In this document: positions 16,522-27,040 of the stretch, piece by piece
Layout of the letters: each line of letters starts with the position of its first letter
Numbering within the stretch: the stretch's first letter is position 1
Origin: Brevinema sp.
GTDB taxonomy: Bacteria; Spirochaetota; Brevinematia; Brevinematales; Brevinemataceae
Reading direction: 5' to 3'
DNA length: 32,000 nt
Assembly: GCA_051649245.1 (NCBI GenBank)
Contig: JBOFGS010000014.1
Span: 71,013-103,012 of the forward strand
Notes under the pieces: model-generated
Seen by the model: the letters and a program-made list of their open reading frames with translations, nothing else
Database searches by the model: none
Told to the model about the DNA's origin: nothing
Translations under genes and position numbers: made by a program

Positions 16522-17934
16522 TTACGATTCTATTGTTAATACTCTTAAACTATTTGTTGTACCTGAAGTAAAAATTTTCTTACCATAAGAAACAACAACT
16601 AAGTCACCTTTTTCTAATTTTAAATATTTTTTACATTCATTTAAGGCTATTTTTTCCATATCATCATGATTTGATGCAGTTGTATCAACCATAGGAATAA
16701 TACCTTTAACCAGAAGTAATTGACGTGCTACTTGTTCATTATTAACAACAGCTAATATAGGAGAGTGTGGAAAATATTTTCTCACAGCGAGGGCAGACCG
16801 ACCTGTATTTGTTCCAATTGCGATGGCTTTAGCTTGACAAGCTGCAGCAACTTCAACAGTACCTCTTGCGACAGCTTCTGTTAAATCCAAATGATCTGTA
16901 AAATCAGCAGGAATTTGTTCGATATAAGGATCAATTTCCAAAGCAATTCTATTCATTACACAGACAGCCTCCACAGGAAATGCTCCTTTAGCAGTTTCAC
17001 CGGAAAGCATAATTGCATCGGTACCATCAAGAATTGCATTTGCAACATCATTAACCTCAGCACGTGTTGGATTTGGATTTTTAATCATAGAATCTAACAT
17101 CTGAGTAGCTGTAATGACAGGTTTTCCTGCTTCATTACACATGGCAATCATATTTTTTTGAGCAAAAGGAACCTTTTCCATTGGAATTTCAACACCAAGA
17201 TCTCCTCGAGCAACCATAATACCATCTGACGCAACAAGTACTTCAGCAAAATTATCTAAACCTTCTTGATTTTCAATTTTAGAGATAATTTTAATATCCT
17301 TACCACCATTTTCTCTTAAAACTTTTCGTACTTCTTCAACATCACTAGCTTTACGGATAAATGACGCTGCTACAAAATCAACTCCTACTTCACAGCCAAA
17401 TTTTAAATCAGCAATATCATTTTCAGCTAGAGCAGGAAGATTAATATTAATATTAGGAAGATTAACACCTTTTTTCTCACCTAAAGCACCATTATTCATT
17501 AATGTGGTATAAACAGTATCGCTTTCAATTTTATCAACAATAAAACGTAGTAATCCATCATCTACTAAAATTGTTTTACCAACAGAAAGATCTTTTGCAA
17601 AATCAGCATAAGTAACAGAAACGCCATTTTCATTTCCAACGATTTCTTTTGTAGTAAAGAAAAATTTCTGACCGGCTGTTAGTAGAACATCTTTACCATC
17701 TTTCAATTTTTGAGTTCTGATTTCAGGTCCTTTTGTATCTAGTAGGATAGCTACAGGAATACCTGTTTTTTTTGAAGCTTCTCTGATCATCTTAATTCTA
17801 TTGAGATGCTCTTCATGTGAACCATGTGAAAAATTTAAACGAGCAACATTCATTCCTGATTCTAATAAGGAACAAAGTGTTTCTAATTTTTCAACAGCTG
17901 GTCCCATTGTACAAACAATTTTAGTTTTTTTCAT
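16522..17934 (-). CDS. pyk: Pyruvate kinase
   Basis: MKKTKIVCTMGPA, NVARLNFSHG, LDTKGPEIR, MVARGDLGVEIP, TQMLDSM. 470 aa, with RBS AGGAGA. Confidence 0.95.
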   Translation of the reverse strand: MKKTKIVCTMGPAVEKLETLCSLLESGMNVARLNFSHGSHEEHLNRIKMIREASKKTGIPVAILLDTKGPEIRTQKLKDGKDVLLTAGQKFFFTTKEIVGNENGVSVTYADFAKDLSVGKTILVDDGLLRFIVDKIESDTVYTTLMNNGALGEKKGVNLPNININLPALAENDIADLKFGCEVGVDFVAASFIRKASDVEEVRKVLRENGGKDIKIISKIENQEGLDNFAEVLVASDGIMVARGDLGVEIPMEKVPFAQKNMIAMCNEAGKPVITATQMLDSMIKNPNPTRAEVNDVANAILDGTDAIMLSGETAKGAFPVEAVCVMNRIALEIDPYIEQIPADFTDHLDLTEAVARGTVEVAAACQAKAIAIGTNTGRSALAVRKYFPHSPILAVVNNEQVARQLLLVKGIIPMVDTTASNHDDMEKIALNECKKYLKLEKGDLVVVSYGKKIFTSGTTNSLRVLTIES

Positions 17935-17963
17935 AGTGTTCTCCTATGGATAATAAATATTAT

Positions 17964-20207
17964 TTAAATATTATTCATTTTTATAAATAATGATTTTTTT
18001 GCATCTAATGAAAGAGGTTCTTCATTTTTATCTCGACCTAATAAAACTATTCCCTGAACATCACCTTGTTGATCAAGAATTGGTTCAATAAATAATTCTC
18101 CCAGATTTTCAATAAATTTTTGTGGAAAAATTTCTTTTAAATAATCAAATTCTGATATATTTCCAGAAAGAGATAGTACTTTATGTTGAGATAAAATCTT
18201 ATCAAATAACTCAGAATTTTTAGAAAGTTGAACTTCTTGCCCATCAATATTAAAAGTATATTTATCATCTTTTAATTCTGCAACAGGTGAATGTGTGATC
18301 TGGTATTGATTAAGAAGAGGAATCAATTTATAGATTCTTTCTTGAACAACAGGATTTTCAAATGAACCAAACGATTCTAATAATTGATTAAATTGATTTG
18401 CTGATATTTCTTCTAACTCATCATCAACATCTAAAGCAATATCACTTATTGTTTGGGGATCTTCTTCTTGCTCTTCAACAATAGGAATATCGTGAATGAT
18501 AGGAACACTTGAGTATTCAGTCACTTCAGAGCCAAGAGCTTCATCTCCAATAACAATATCATTAATGGTTTCATCTTCCGTTAACGGTACAATAAAATCA
18601 TCAATATTTTCTATAGGAAGAGTTATTTCAGATGCTATATTTTCTTCATTTTCAATTGTTTTCATCTCAAAATCAGAAGATGTCTCATCAACAGAATTTA
18701 TTGTATCAGTTTCAAAATATTCATCTAAGAAATCTTCATGATCATTTTCTAGAATATTGTCATTAATCAATTCATCTGAAGAAAGATGTTCTTCCATAAG
18801 ATTGTTTTTATCTTTATCAAATTCTAATGAATCCAAAGTATGCAATTCTTCTTGATCAAAATTATAATTATCCATCGATTCATCATCAAAATCATCGATT
18901 TCATCAGAGTGTATATCCAATATAGGAACATTTACTTTTTCTTCTTCAACTACTTCTTCCTCAAAATCAGAAGATAAGTTTTCTTCTAAATTATTCTTAT
19001 TATTTAATAAAAGATCTTCAGATATTATATTAGGATCATTAGTATAACTAGGATCTTCATCAGCAATCATATTTTCAAAGTTCTCATCGTCAGGAGTGAA
19101 ATTAATAAATTCATCTGTTGTTAATGGAACATTTTGTATAGAATCAGCATTTTGAGATTTAGTATTGTTAGTATTAATAAAAGATTCCAAATCATCTGCA
19201 TCAGATTCTTTTTCTAATGGATGAATCTCATGTACTACACCAAATTGTGTTGCATCATTCATCATAGCAGATGCTGTTTTTTGATCATAAATGACACCAT
19301 TTTCAATATCAGAAAATAATTGAGAAACAGAATCATGTTCTGATAAATCAGAGATATTATCAACAAAATCAGTTAAATTAATTTGTTTTTCTTGATTTCT
19401 TGTTCGGAGAAACATAAACAAAGAAATTAATGCAAACATTAAAAATAAGACAGTTACAAAACCATAAAAAGGTGGAAAATAAAATTGATTTCCAAAATAA
19501 TAAATAACAGGTGCAAAATAAGGAATATAAAGTATAGAAGCAATATGTTTATTAATTGATTGTGGTGCTTTTTGATAGTTATTTGCAATAACCGAGAGCA
19601 TATTCTCTGGAAGATTTTGAGTTTCATCAAAAAGCAAGATTGGAGGATATTGATCGATGGATCGGACATGTATTTTAGATAAAGAATCTTTTGGTAATAC
19701 TTGATCACTAGCAAATTCAGCAATAATATAACCAGTATTACTGTTTTCAACAAATGCAGGATCAAGATATCTTATAATACCAACAAGAGTATTTGTATTC
19801 GAAAAAAAGAAAAATGGTTCCGTAGTCTGATTCCATGAAATGATATTAGAATAAATAGATTTTCCAGTATAAAAAAGTTGACTCGAAAAAAGGATATTTC
19901 CAATATGATCTGTAAGATGAATAGAAGAAAGATCAACCTCGTTCAAAAACGGAAAATCCATTTCAGCTACTGTTTTTTTTGATAAAATCTCAGCTATTTT
20001 TTGTGGTTGTATCATTTCTTCCATACCTTTCACAAGATAGCGAACATTTTTTTCAATAATTTTTTCTTGAGCTTTGATTTGTTTATCAAAAAACTCTGAA
20101 CGTTCATTATATATGATACCAGATTGTGTAAAAATAATATAAGAAAAAACACTAACAACTATTATGCTGAAAACAAGTCCAGATAACCATACATTTTTGT
20201 TAAGCAT
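17964..20207 (-). CDS. Membrane sensor-like protein with a giant acidic low-complexity linker and a GAF-like C-terminal domain
   Basis: Layout: TM1 (about aa 12-32), a roughly 210-aa extracytoplasmic domain, TM2 (VTVLFLMFALISLFMF), about 360 aa dominated by D/E/N/S, then a roughly 110-aa folded tail (..GELFIEPILDQQGDVQGIVLLGRD..). GGAG is 6 nt before the ATG at 20207. The ORF-track ATG at 20222 contains that GGAG. Confidence 0.5.
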   Translation of the reverse strand: MLNKNVWLSGLVFSIIVVSVFSYIIFTQSGIIYNERSEFFDKQIKAQEKIIEKNVRYLVKGMEEMIQPQKIAEILSKKTVAEMDFPFLNEVDLSSIHLTDHIGNILFSSQLFYTGKSIYSNIISWNQTTEPFFFFSNTNTLVGIIRYLDPAFVENSNTGYIIAEFASDQVLPKDSLSKIHVRSIDQYPPILLFDETQNLPENMLSVIANNYQKAPQSINKHIASILYIPYFAPVIYYFGNQFYFPPFYGFVTVLFLMFALISLFMFLRTRNQEKQINLTDFVDNISDLSEHDSVSQLFSDIENGVIYDQKTASAMMNDATQFGVVHEIHPLEKESDADDLESFINTNNTKSQNADSIQNVPLTTDEFINFTPDDENFENMIADEDPSYTNDPNIISEDLLLNNKNNLEENLSSDFEEEVVEEEKVNVPILDIHSDEIDDFDDESMDNYNFDQEELHTLDSLEFDKDKNNLMEEHLSSDELINDNILENDHEDFLDEYFETDTINSVDETSSDFEMKTIENEENIASEITLPIENIDDFIVPLTEDETINDIVIGDEALGSEVTEYSSVPIIHDIPIVEEQEEDPQTISDIALDVDDELEEISANQFNQLLESFGSFENPVVQERIYKLIPLLNQYQITHSPVAELKDDKYTFNIDGQEVQLSKNSELFDKILSQHKVLSLSGNISEFDYLKEIFPQKFIENLGELFIEPILDQQGDVQGIVLLGRDKNEEPLSLDAKKSLFIKMNNI

Positions 20208-20298
20208 ACGAATCTCCAACATCTATTAAAATAATATTTATATTATAACTCATAATATAAAAACAATCCACTAAATTAATAAAATATTTTAACAAAAT

Positions 20299-20335
20299 AA
20301 AAAAAAATCCTCTCACAAATTGAGAGGATTTTTTT
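20299..20335 (-). terminator. Rho-independent terminator after nifJ
   Basis: A-run, TCCTCTCA-CAAAT-TGAGAGGA, T-run, directly after the PFOR stop at 20341. Confidence 0.8.
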
Positions 20336-20340
20336 ATTTT

Positions 20341-23300
20341 TTACAAAGAGTAATCCATAGCTGCTAAACGTTGATAATGTTTAAAACGTTCTTTTGCTTG
20401 TTGTTCAGCAAGTGTAAAGAGATGTTGAGCTCTTTCAGGAAAAACTCCTCCAAGAGCAGTAAAACGTACTTCATGACCAATAAATTGCTGGAATAATTCA
20501 AATTTTGGCTCACCTGAATCAAGCGTAAATGGATTTTTTCCTTCTAGTTTTAATGATGGATTGTATCTCCATAAGTGCCAATAACCAGAATCAACAGCTA
20601 ATTTTTCTTCAGACTGTGAATTTGTTAAGCCACCTTTCAATCCATGAGCAATACATGGTGAATAAGCAATAATTAATGATGGTCCAGGATAAGCTTCAGC
20701 TTCTTGTATGACCTTCAGAGCATGAGCTTTATTTGCACCCATAGAAATTTGACCAACATATATATTTCCATAAGTGGACATCATCAATCCAAGATTTTTC
20801 TTCGCATTTTGTTTACCGGTATAAGCAAATAATGCTTGTGCACCTAATGGAGTAGATTTTGATGCTTGACCACCTGTATTGGAATATACTTCTGTATCAA
20901 GGACTAAAATATTAATATTTTCACCAGTTGCCAAAACGTGATCTAAACCACCAAAACCAATATCATATGCCCAACCATCTCCACCAAAAAGCCACATAGA
21001 TGATTTGACTAAATAGTCTTGAAGATCTTTAATTTTTAGAGCTAATGGGCTTGTTTCTGTTTTTAAAGCTTCTTTCACTTTTTGAGTAATATCTCTTGTT
21101 GTTTCGCCATCATTGTTATGATCAAGCCATTCTTGGAAAACAGCAGTATTAGATAAAGCATTTTCAGCAATTGCTTGTTTGATATAGTTAGTCAATCGTT
21201 CTCTAAGTTTTTTACGTGCAATATACATTCCAAAACCAAATTCAGCATTATCTTCAAAAAGAGAGTTTGCCCAAGTAGGTCCATGTCCTTCTGAGTTAGT
21301 AGAATAAGGAGTAGATGGCATAGATCCTCCATAAATAGAGGTACATCCTGTCGTATTTGCAATCATCATACGATCACCAAATAATTGAGTAACAAGCTTA
21401 ATATATGGAGTTTCACCACAACCAGGACATGCTGCATGGAATTCAAATAATGGTTGCTCAAATTGAACAGCTTTTGCATTACTTTTACCGAATGGATTTT
21501 TAGGTTTACAATTTTTAAAGAGCCAGTCATAATTAACTTGTTCTTGTCTTTGAGTTGCAATATTATCCATAGCTAGGGCCTTATTTCCACCTTTTCCAGG
21601 ACAAATATCAACACATGCAGAACAACCTGTACAATCTGCAACTGAAACAGAGATTTTATATTGAAGATCAGCGGCACCTGTTGCTGGTAATGTTGTCATA
21701 TCAGCTGGGGCATGTTTTTTTTCATCTCCGTTTAATAAGAAAGGTCTAATAACAGCATGAGGACAAACAAACGCACATTGATTACATTGAATACAGTTTT
21801 CTTCAATCCAAGCAGGCACAAAATCTGAAACATAACGTTTTTCATATCTTGTAGAACCTGAAGTAACAGTACCATCAACAAATTCACCTGAAAAAGCACT
21901 AACAGGCAAAGATTCTCCTTTTAATTGATTAACTGCAGCAGCAATACTTTGTACAAATATAGGTGCACCTTCTTGTTTAAGAAGCTCAAATTCACCCTTA
22001 AGATTTTTCCATTCAGGTTTAATCTCAACTTTTTGAAGCTTTTCTGCAGCAGCATCAATTGCTTTATAATTCATTTGAACAATTGCATCACCTTTTCGGC
22101 TATAACTTTTTTTAGCAGATTGTTTCATCAAATCAACAGCTTTTTCATAAGGAAGAATATTAGCAAGTTTAAAGAAAGCTGATTGCAAGATTGTATTAGA
22201 TTGACGCATACCAATTTCACGTGCAATTGCATTAGCATTAATAATATAGAAATTAATATCATGTTCTGCTAAATAACGTTTTATATGGTTTGGCAGTTTT
22301 TCATCTAGTTCTTTAATTTTCCAAGATGTGTTTAATAAGAAAGTTCCACCTTTTCTCAGACCCTGAAGAAGATCATATTTATAGATATAAGAAGGAAGAG
22401 AACAGCTAATAAAGCTAGGGGTTTGAATTAAATAAGGTAGGTTGATATCTTTTTCACCAAAGCGAAGATTAGAAATTGTATAGCCACCACTTTTTTTAGA
22501 ATCATAATCAAAATATCCTTGAATATTAAGATCTGTATGATCTCCAATAATAGAAATAGAATTTTTATTAGCACCAACAGTTCCATCCGCTCCAAGTCCA
22601 TAGAATTTACATTCAATGGTTCCTTCAGGAATAACATTCATTTCTTCAGTTATAGGTAATGACTTGAAAGTAACGTCATCAACGATACCAATAGTAAAAT
22701 CATTCTTAGGTTCTTTTAAAGCTAAATTTTCGAATATAGATAACATTTGACCTGGAGTAACATCTTTTGAAGAAAGTCCAGCACGTCCACCTACAATAAT
22801 TGGACGGGTTGCTTGATCAGAATAGGACTCACAAATATCAAGATACAATGGCTCTCCTGTTGCTCCTAATTCTTTACAACGATCAACAACCGCAATTTTT
22901 TGAACACTTTTAGGCATATTTGCTAAAAGATGTTTCGTTGGGAATGGTCGGTACAAATGAATACACATTACACCTACTTTTTCACCCTTTTTCAAAAGAG
23001 CATCAACCACAGCACGTGCTGTACTTACCATTGATCCCATAAGGACAACAACACGATCAGCATCAGCTGCTCCATGATATTGTACTGTAGAAAGTTCACG
23101 ATCTGTAGCTTTGGATACTTGATCCATAGTTTCTTGCACAAGTTCTGCTAAATTATCATAATAAGGATTACGTGCTTCAAATGCTTGAAAATAAATATCA
23201 GGTGTTTGAGCAGTACCACGAGTAACAGGACGATCTGGTGACAATCCTCGCTGACGAAATGCTTCAACAGCATCAAAATCAACTAATTTTTTATAATCAT

Positions 23301-23865
23301 CATATTCCAAAACATCAATTTTTTGAATTTCATGTGATGTTCGAAAACCATCAAAGAAATGTATAAAAGGTACACGACTTTTAAGTGCCACAAGATGTGA
23401 AACTAAAGCAAAATCATGTGCTTCTTGAACAGTTGCAGAACAAATCATAGCCCAACCTGTTTGACGACAAGCCATCACATCACTATGATCTCCATAAATA
23501 GATAGAGCATGTGTAGCAACTGTTCTAGCAGGGACATGAAAAACTGCAGGTAATAATTCTCCTGCTATTTTAAACATATTAGGAACCATTAACAATAAAC
23601 CTTGCGATGAAGTAAAAGTGGTCGTTATAGCTCCTGCTTGTAATGAGCCATGTACAGCTCCAGCTGCACCTGCTTCGGATTGAAGCTCTGAGATGAGCAT
23701 GGTGTCACCAAAAATATTCTTAACACCTTGTGCTGCCCAAGCATCACAATGTTCTGACAAAGGAGTGGATGGTGTTATTGGAAATATAGCAGCAACTTCA
23801 CTGAATGCATAAGCAACATAAGCAGTAGCTTTATTACCATCCATAATCATTTTTTGTATAGCCAT
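20341..23865 (-). CDS. nifJ: Pyruvate:ferredoxin (flavodoxin) oxidoreductase, single-chain PFOR
   Basis: 1174 aa. Two ferredoxin-type clusters (CIQCNQCAFVCPH, CTGCSACVDICPG) and a TPP-binding motif GGDGWAYDIGFGGLDHV. Collinear by eye with NifJ/PorA-type PFORs. Confidence 0.95.
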   Translation of the reverse strand: MAIQKMIMDGNKATAYVAYAFSEVAAIFPITPSTPLSEHCDAWAAQGVKNIFGDTMLISELQSEAGAAGAVHGSLQAGAITTTFTSSQGLLLMVPNMFKIAGELLPAVFHVPARTVATHALSIYGDHSDVMACRQTGWAMICSATVQEAHDFALVSHLVALKSRVPFIHFFDGFRTSHEIQKIDVLEYDDYKKLVDFDAVEAFRQRGLSPDRPVTRGTAQTPDIYFQAFEARNPYYDNLAELVQETMDQVSKATDRELSTVQYHGAADADRVVVLMGSMVSTARAVVDALLKKGEKVGVMCIHLYRPFPTKHLLANMPKSVQKIAVVDRCKELGATGEPLYLDICESYSDQATRPIIVGGRAGLSSKDVTPGQMLSIFENLALKEPKNDFTIGIVDDVTFKSLPITEEMNVIPEGTIECKFYGLGADGTVGANKNSISIIGDHTDLNIQGYFDYDSKKSGGYTISNLRFGEKDINLPYLIQTPSFISCSLPSYIYKYDLLQGLRKGGTFLLNTSWKIKELDEKLPNHIKRYLAEHDINFYIINANAIAREIGMRQSNTILQSAFFKLANILPYEKAVDLMKQSAKKSYSRKGDAIVQMNYKAIDAAAEKLQKVEIKPEWKNLKGEFELLKQEGAPIFVQSIAAAVNQLKGESLPVSAFSGEFVDGTVTSGSTRYEKRYVSDFVPAWIEENCIQCNQCAFVCPHAVIRPFLLNGDEKKHAPADMTTLPATGAADLQYKISVSVADCTGCSACVDICPGKGGNKALAMDNIATQRQEQVNYDWLFKNCKPKNPFGKSNAKAVQFEQPLFEFHAACPGCGETPYIKLVTQLFGDRMMIANTTGCTSIYGGSMPSTPYSTNSEGHGPTWANSLFEDNAEFGFGMYIARKKLRERLTNYIKQAIAENALSNTAVFQEWLDHNNDGETTRDITQKVKEALKTETSPLALKIKDLQDYLVKSSMWLFGGDGWAYDIGFGGLDHVLATGENINILVLDTEVYSNTGGQASKSTPLGAQALFAYTGKQNAKKNLGLMMSTYGNIYVGQISMGANKAHALKVIQEAEAYPGPSLIIAYSPCIAHGLKGGLTNSQSEEKLAVDSGYWHLWRYNPSLKLEGKNPFTLDSGEPKFELFQQFIGHEVRFTALGGVFPERAQHLFTLAEQQAKERFKHYQRLAAMDYSL

Positions 23866-23948
23866 GTGAACTACCTCTTAATACATTAGTATTTATTAAA
23901 TTATTAATATAAATGGTATAATATATACACAATAATATATATTAGTAT

Positions 23949-24551
23949 TTATTCTAAAGATTCTCTTGTACGAAATGCTTGAATGATACTTTTTTTACCA
24001 GCAAAATGGATTTTTGTCCCAACAGAAATCCCTCGAGCCAATATAGAAAGTTTAATATTAGTATCAGATAAAAATTCTTTAAGATACATAGAAGTGACAT
24101 CTCCTTCTGTTGTTGCTCCTAAAGCAATAATAAGTTCTGAAATTTTTGTTTCAGTAATTATATTTTTTAAGCGATCAAACGGTAAACTCGAAATCGTTTT
24201 ACCTTCTAAAGGTGAAATCACGCCCCCAAGAACAAAGTAACGTCCTTGATAGGATGCTGTTTCTTCAATATCAATAATATCTAAAACATCTTCGACTAAA
24301 CACAAAATATGCGAGTCTCTTTTTATATCAGAACAAATCAGACACAATTGATTATCTTCTATAGAAAAATAACCGCATTGTGGACAAACACCTATATAAT
24401 TAGACAAATTTAACAAGTAATTCCCTAATTCTTTTGCATGATTTTGTCCTTCTTGCGAAAACCATATTGCTATTTTTTCGGCACTTTTTGGTCCAACATT
24501 TGGAATTTTAGTTAGTAATTTTGATAAATGTGTTATCGCTTTTGGAAGCAC
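23949..24551 (-). CDS. recR: Recombination protein RecR
   Basis: HhH motif KIPNVGPKSAEKIA, C4 zinc finger CPQCGYFS..CLICSD and a Toprim segment. GTG start with GAGAGGA 6 nt upstream. Confidence 0.92.
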   Translation of the reverse strand: MLPKAITHLSKLLTKIPNVGPKSAEKIAIWFSQEGQNHAKELGNYLLNLSNYIGVCPQCGYFSIEDNQLCLICSDIKRDSHILCLVEDVLDIIDIEETASYQGRYFVLGGVISPLEGKTISSLPFDRLKNIITETKISELIIALGATTEGDVTSMYLKEFLSDTNIKLSILARGISVGTKIHFAGKKSIIQAFRTRESLE

Positions 24552-24569
24552 AGAAAATCCTCTCTAAAT

Positions 24570-24866
24570 CTATCGACCCTGCAATAAATTTGCCATTGGG
24601 GAATTTTTGAATGTTTTCTTTTGAATCGCTTCTAATTCTTTAGAAGCTGTTTTCATTGCTTCTCTCACATATTTTGCGAGTTCTTCTTTTGATAATTTCA
24701 TAGCATCATCGGAAAATTCAATTTGTTTTAATGTTTTTTCACCATCCAGAGTGACTTTAACATAGTCTCTTTTAGAAGATGCCTTAACCTTTGTTTCTTC
24801 AAGAATTTTTTTATAAGAATTCATTTCTTCACGCATTTTCATTGCTTGCTTTACGTTCTCTAACAT
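24570..24866 (-). CDS. ybaB: YbaB/EbfC-family nucleoid-associated protein
   Basis: 98 aa with the typical YbaB pattern (VKVTLDGEKTLKQIEFSD.., EELAKYVREA) in the conserved dnaX-ybaB-recR position. Confidence 0.9.
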   Translation of the reverse strand: MLENVKQAMKMREEMNSYKKILEETKVKASSKRDYVKVTLDGEKTLKQIEFSDDAMKLSKEELAKYVREAMKTASKELEAIQKKTFKNSPMANLLQGR

Positions 24867-24897
24867 AGTATCTCCTTATAATGCTGCTGTTATATTT

Positions 24898-26355
24898 TTA
24901 TAATATTTCAAATAAATTCCGTAAGAGACCTTCTCTATCATCACTATCCATAGAAATTTGTTTTTTCACATCAGTAGCTGATGTTTTAAGCTCTTGATCA
25001 GTAATAGGAACAACAATCTCTTTTTGTGTTTCTGCAACAGCTGGTAATTTTTTACGTTGTTCTTGTTGTTGCAATGCCGAAGATAATACACCTGTCTGAG
25101 AATGTAAAATATTATTTTCATTATTTCTTGTAGCAGGTATTACAGCATCATTACTTTGTTTAATTTTTTGAGGTATTGCTAAAGATGAAAGTTGATTTTT
25201 AGATCTAAAACCAGAATCCCGTCCTACAATTTTTAAGATTTCCTGACGTAAAGTTGATATAGGAATTCTATTCTTATAATCAAGCATCTTAAACAATGTA
25301 CTTTCAATCCAAAAACGTTCTGCAACTTCTTTTCTGAGAATATCAGATAATTCTAACGCCAAATTTACTAAAATTAATAGGTCTTCATCTGTAAATTTTT
25401 GAAATAAAGAAGACATTTTTTGATATGTATTATCACTCATATTAATAAGAGGATGTGTAGCTGGTAATTTTTTGATTAACAACCCTTGTCGTAAAAATTT
25501 AGTTAAGTGTTCGGTAAAAGAAACCCCATCTCCAGCTTCAGACAAATAAATATCTACTTGCTCTAAAATAATGATAATATTTTGATTTAAGAGACCTTCA
25601 ATTACTCGTTCAAAATAAATATCTGCAGGAATACCCAAAACTTCTTTTGTTTGATCTATCGTTAAATTTCCTTGAGTATATAAAATTACTTGATCAAGAA
25701 TAGTCTGAGAATCACGCATAGAACCATCACCTGCTTTTGCAATCAACTCAAGAGAATCTCTATCATAATGATACTGTTCTGCTTTTAAAATTGTTTCTAA
25801 TCTACTGATAAGCATATCTAAAGGAATTTTTTTTAATAAATAATGCTGACAACGAGAACGAATTGTAGGAAGAACTTTATTAGGTTCAGTGGTAGCCAAC
25901 ATAAATATAATATGAGCTGGTGGTTCTTCTAAAACTTTTAATAAAGCATTAGAGGCTTCTTTGGTAAGCATATGTACTTCATCAATAATAAAAATTTTAT
26001 ATTTAAAAGAAAGAGGTGTGTATACAGCATTATCACGAATTTCACGAATTTGTTCTATACCTCTATTTGAGGCACCATCAATTTCACGAACATCTAACGC
26101 TTGTCCTAATGTGATTTCTTGACACGCAGAACAGATACCACATATATGTGGGCTTTGTTCACAATTTAATATTTTTGAAAGAATTCTAGCTGTACTAGTC
26201 TTACCAACACCTCTAGGTCCTGAAAACAAATAGGCATGAGGGATTTTACCACTATTCACAGCATTAATTAATGCTGTAGTAACATGCTCTTGACCAATAA
26301 TCTGATCAAAATCTTGAGGACGCCATTTACGAGCAGTAACTTGATATTTTTCCAT
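24898..26355 (-). CDS. dnaX: DNA polymerase III subunit gamma/tau
   Basis: RKWRPQDFDQIIGQEHV, Walker A GPRGVGKTS, zinc module CEQSPHICGICSACQEI, Walker B FIIDEVHML, SRC motif TIRSRCQ. It is short (485 aa). Confidence 0.93.
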   Translation of the reverse strand: MEKYQVTARKWRPQDFDQIIGQEHVTTALINAVNSGKIPHAYLFSGPRGVGKTSTARILSKILNCEQSPHICGICSACQEITLGQALDVREIDGASNRGIEQIREIRDNAVYTPLSFKYKIFIIDEVHMLTKEASNALLKVLEEPPAHIIFMLATTEPNKVLPTIRSRCQHYLLKKIPLDMLISRLETILKAEQYHYDRDSLELIAKAGDGSMRDSQTILDQVILYTQGNLTIDQTKEVLGIPADIYFERVIEGLLNQNIIIILEQVDIYLSEAGDGVSFTEHLTKFLRQGLLIKKLPATHPLINMSDNTYQKMSSLFQKFTDEDLLILVNLALELSDILRKEVAERFWIESTLFKMLDYKNRIPISTLRQEILKIVGRDSGFRSKNQLSSLAIPQKIKQSNDAVIPATRNNENNILHSQTGVLSSALQQQEQRKKLPAVAETQKEIVVPITDQELKTSATDVKKQISMDSDDREGLLRNLFEIL

Positions 26356-26499
26356 GATCCCTTCTTAAAATAATAAGATATCTTCTTATATTATTATTAT
26401 GGATCATTTTGAGAAAAAATTCAATCCTTTTTTATTATTTTTCACCTAAAATATTATATTCATAAATAAAATTAATAAGTTCATTCATTTTAGGCAAAC

Positions 26500-26525
26500 A
26501 AAAAAGCCCGATATCGGGCTTTTTT
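26500..26525 (-). terminator. Rho-independent terminator after the HU-family gene
   Basis: AAAAAGCCCG-ATAT-CGGGCTTTTT, 11 nt beyond the stop at 26536. Confidence 0.8.
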
Positions 26526-26535
26526 GGGTAGTTTT

Positions 26536-26820
26536 CTATAAGCTCTTTTTGAGTTTACCAGAAATAGCTGCCTTAACTCTTTTTTTTGCAGGAATTTGAA
26601 TCACTTCTCTAGTTTTAGGATTATGTCCTGTTCGAGCTTTAGACATTTCAACAGATAATGTTGCTAAACCTGTTAATTCAACAGATGTTCCTTTTTGTAA
26701 AGTATCCACTACTTCACTTACAAAGTTACGGCCTAATTCTGCACCTTTGCTTTTGGGCAAACCCATTTTAGCTGCAACAGCTTCTCCAATTGCAACATAA
26801 GTAACTTTAGATGTACTCAT
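26536..26820 (-). CDS. HU/IHF-family DNA-binding protein (divergent, Hbb-like)
   Basis: ARTGHNPKTREVIQIPAKKRVK beta-arm motif and an HU-like helical N-half. GGAGG is 7 nt before the ATG at 26820 (MSTSK). The ORF-track start at 26874 adds 18 unlikely residues. Confidence 0.85.
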   Translation of the reverse strand: MSTSKVTYVAIGEAVAAKMGLPKSKGAELGRNFVSEVVDTLQKGTSVELTGLATLSVEMSKARTGHNPKTREVIQIPAKKRVKAAISGKLKKSL

Positions 26821-27040
26821 TGGTATTCCTCCAAATTTAGTTCTGAGTTTTATATCATCTTGATATGTAAGCATATATTGTATTTAATAATAATTTACTT
26901 TATAAAAAAAATCAAATATTTTCGTTACTTTATTATATTTTTTATAAAAAATTATTTGCTAATTTTATGATACGGTTATAATATCGTCACTTCATAGACT
27001 AAACTTTATCATATGGAATAACAAAACAGAAATTTAGTGA

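Noticed and set aside
18496-19765. ORFs 18496..18741 (plus strand) and 19454..19765 (minus strand, alternate frame) within the 747-aa gene
   Set aside because: These are shadow or alternate-frame ORFs generated by the low-complexity acidic coding region. They have no independent signals.
21366-22637. ORFs 21366..21560, 21925..22182 and 22428..22637 within nifJ
   Set aside because: All lie inside the uninterrupted 1174-aa PFOR reading frame, in alternate or antisense frames.
24898-26355. Programmed -1 frameshift site in dnaX (A-rich heptamers such as UUA AAA AAA AUU)
   Set aside because: A-runs are frequent everywhere in this AT-rich genome. None is followed by an obvious stem-loop. The protein is already short (485 aa), so there is no specific support.
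26356-26535. SRP RNA (ffs) upstream of dnaX, as in many bacteria
   Set aside because: The interval is AT-rich. It contains only the HU-gene terminator hairpin and the dnaX promoter region. There is no GNAR tetraloop/AGCA domain-IV-like helix.
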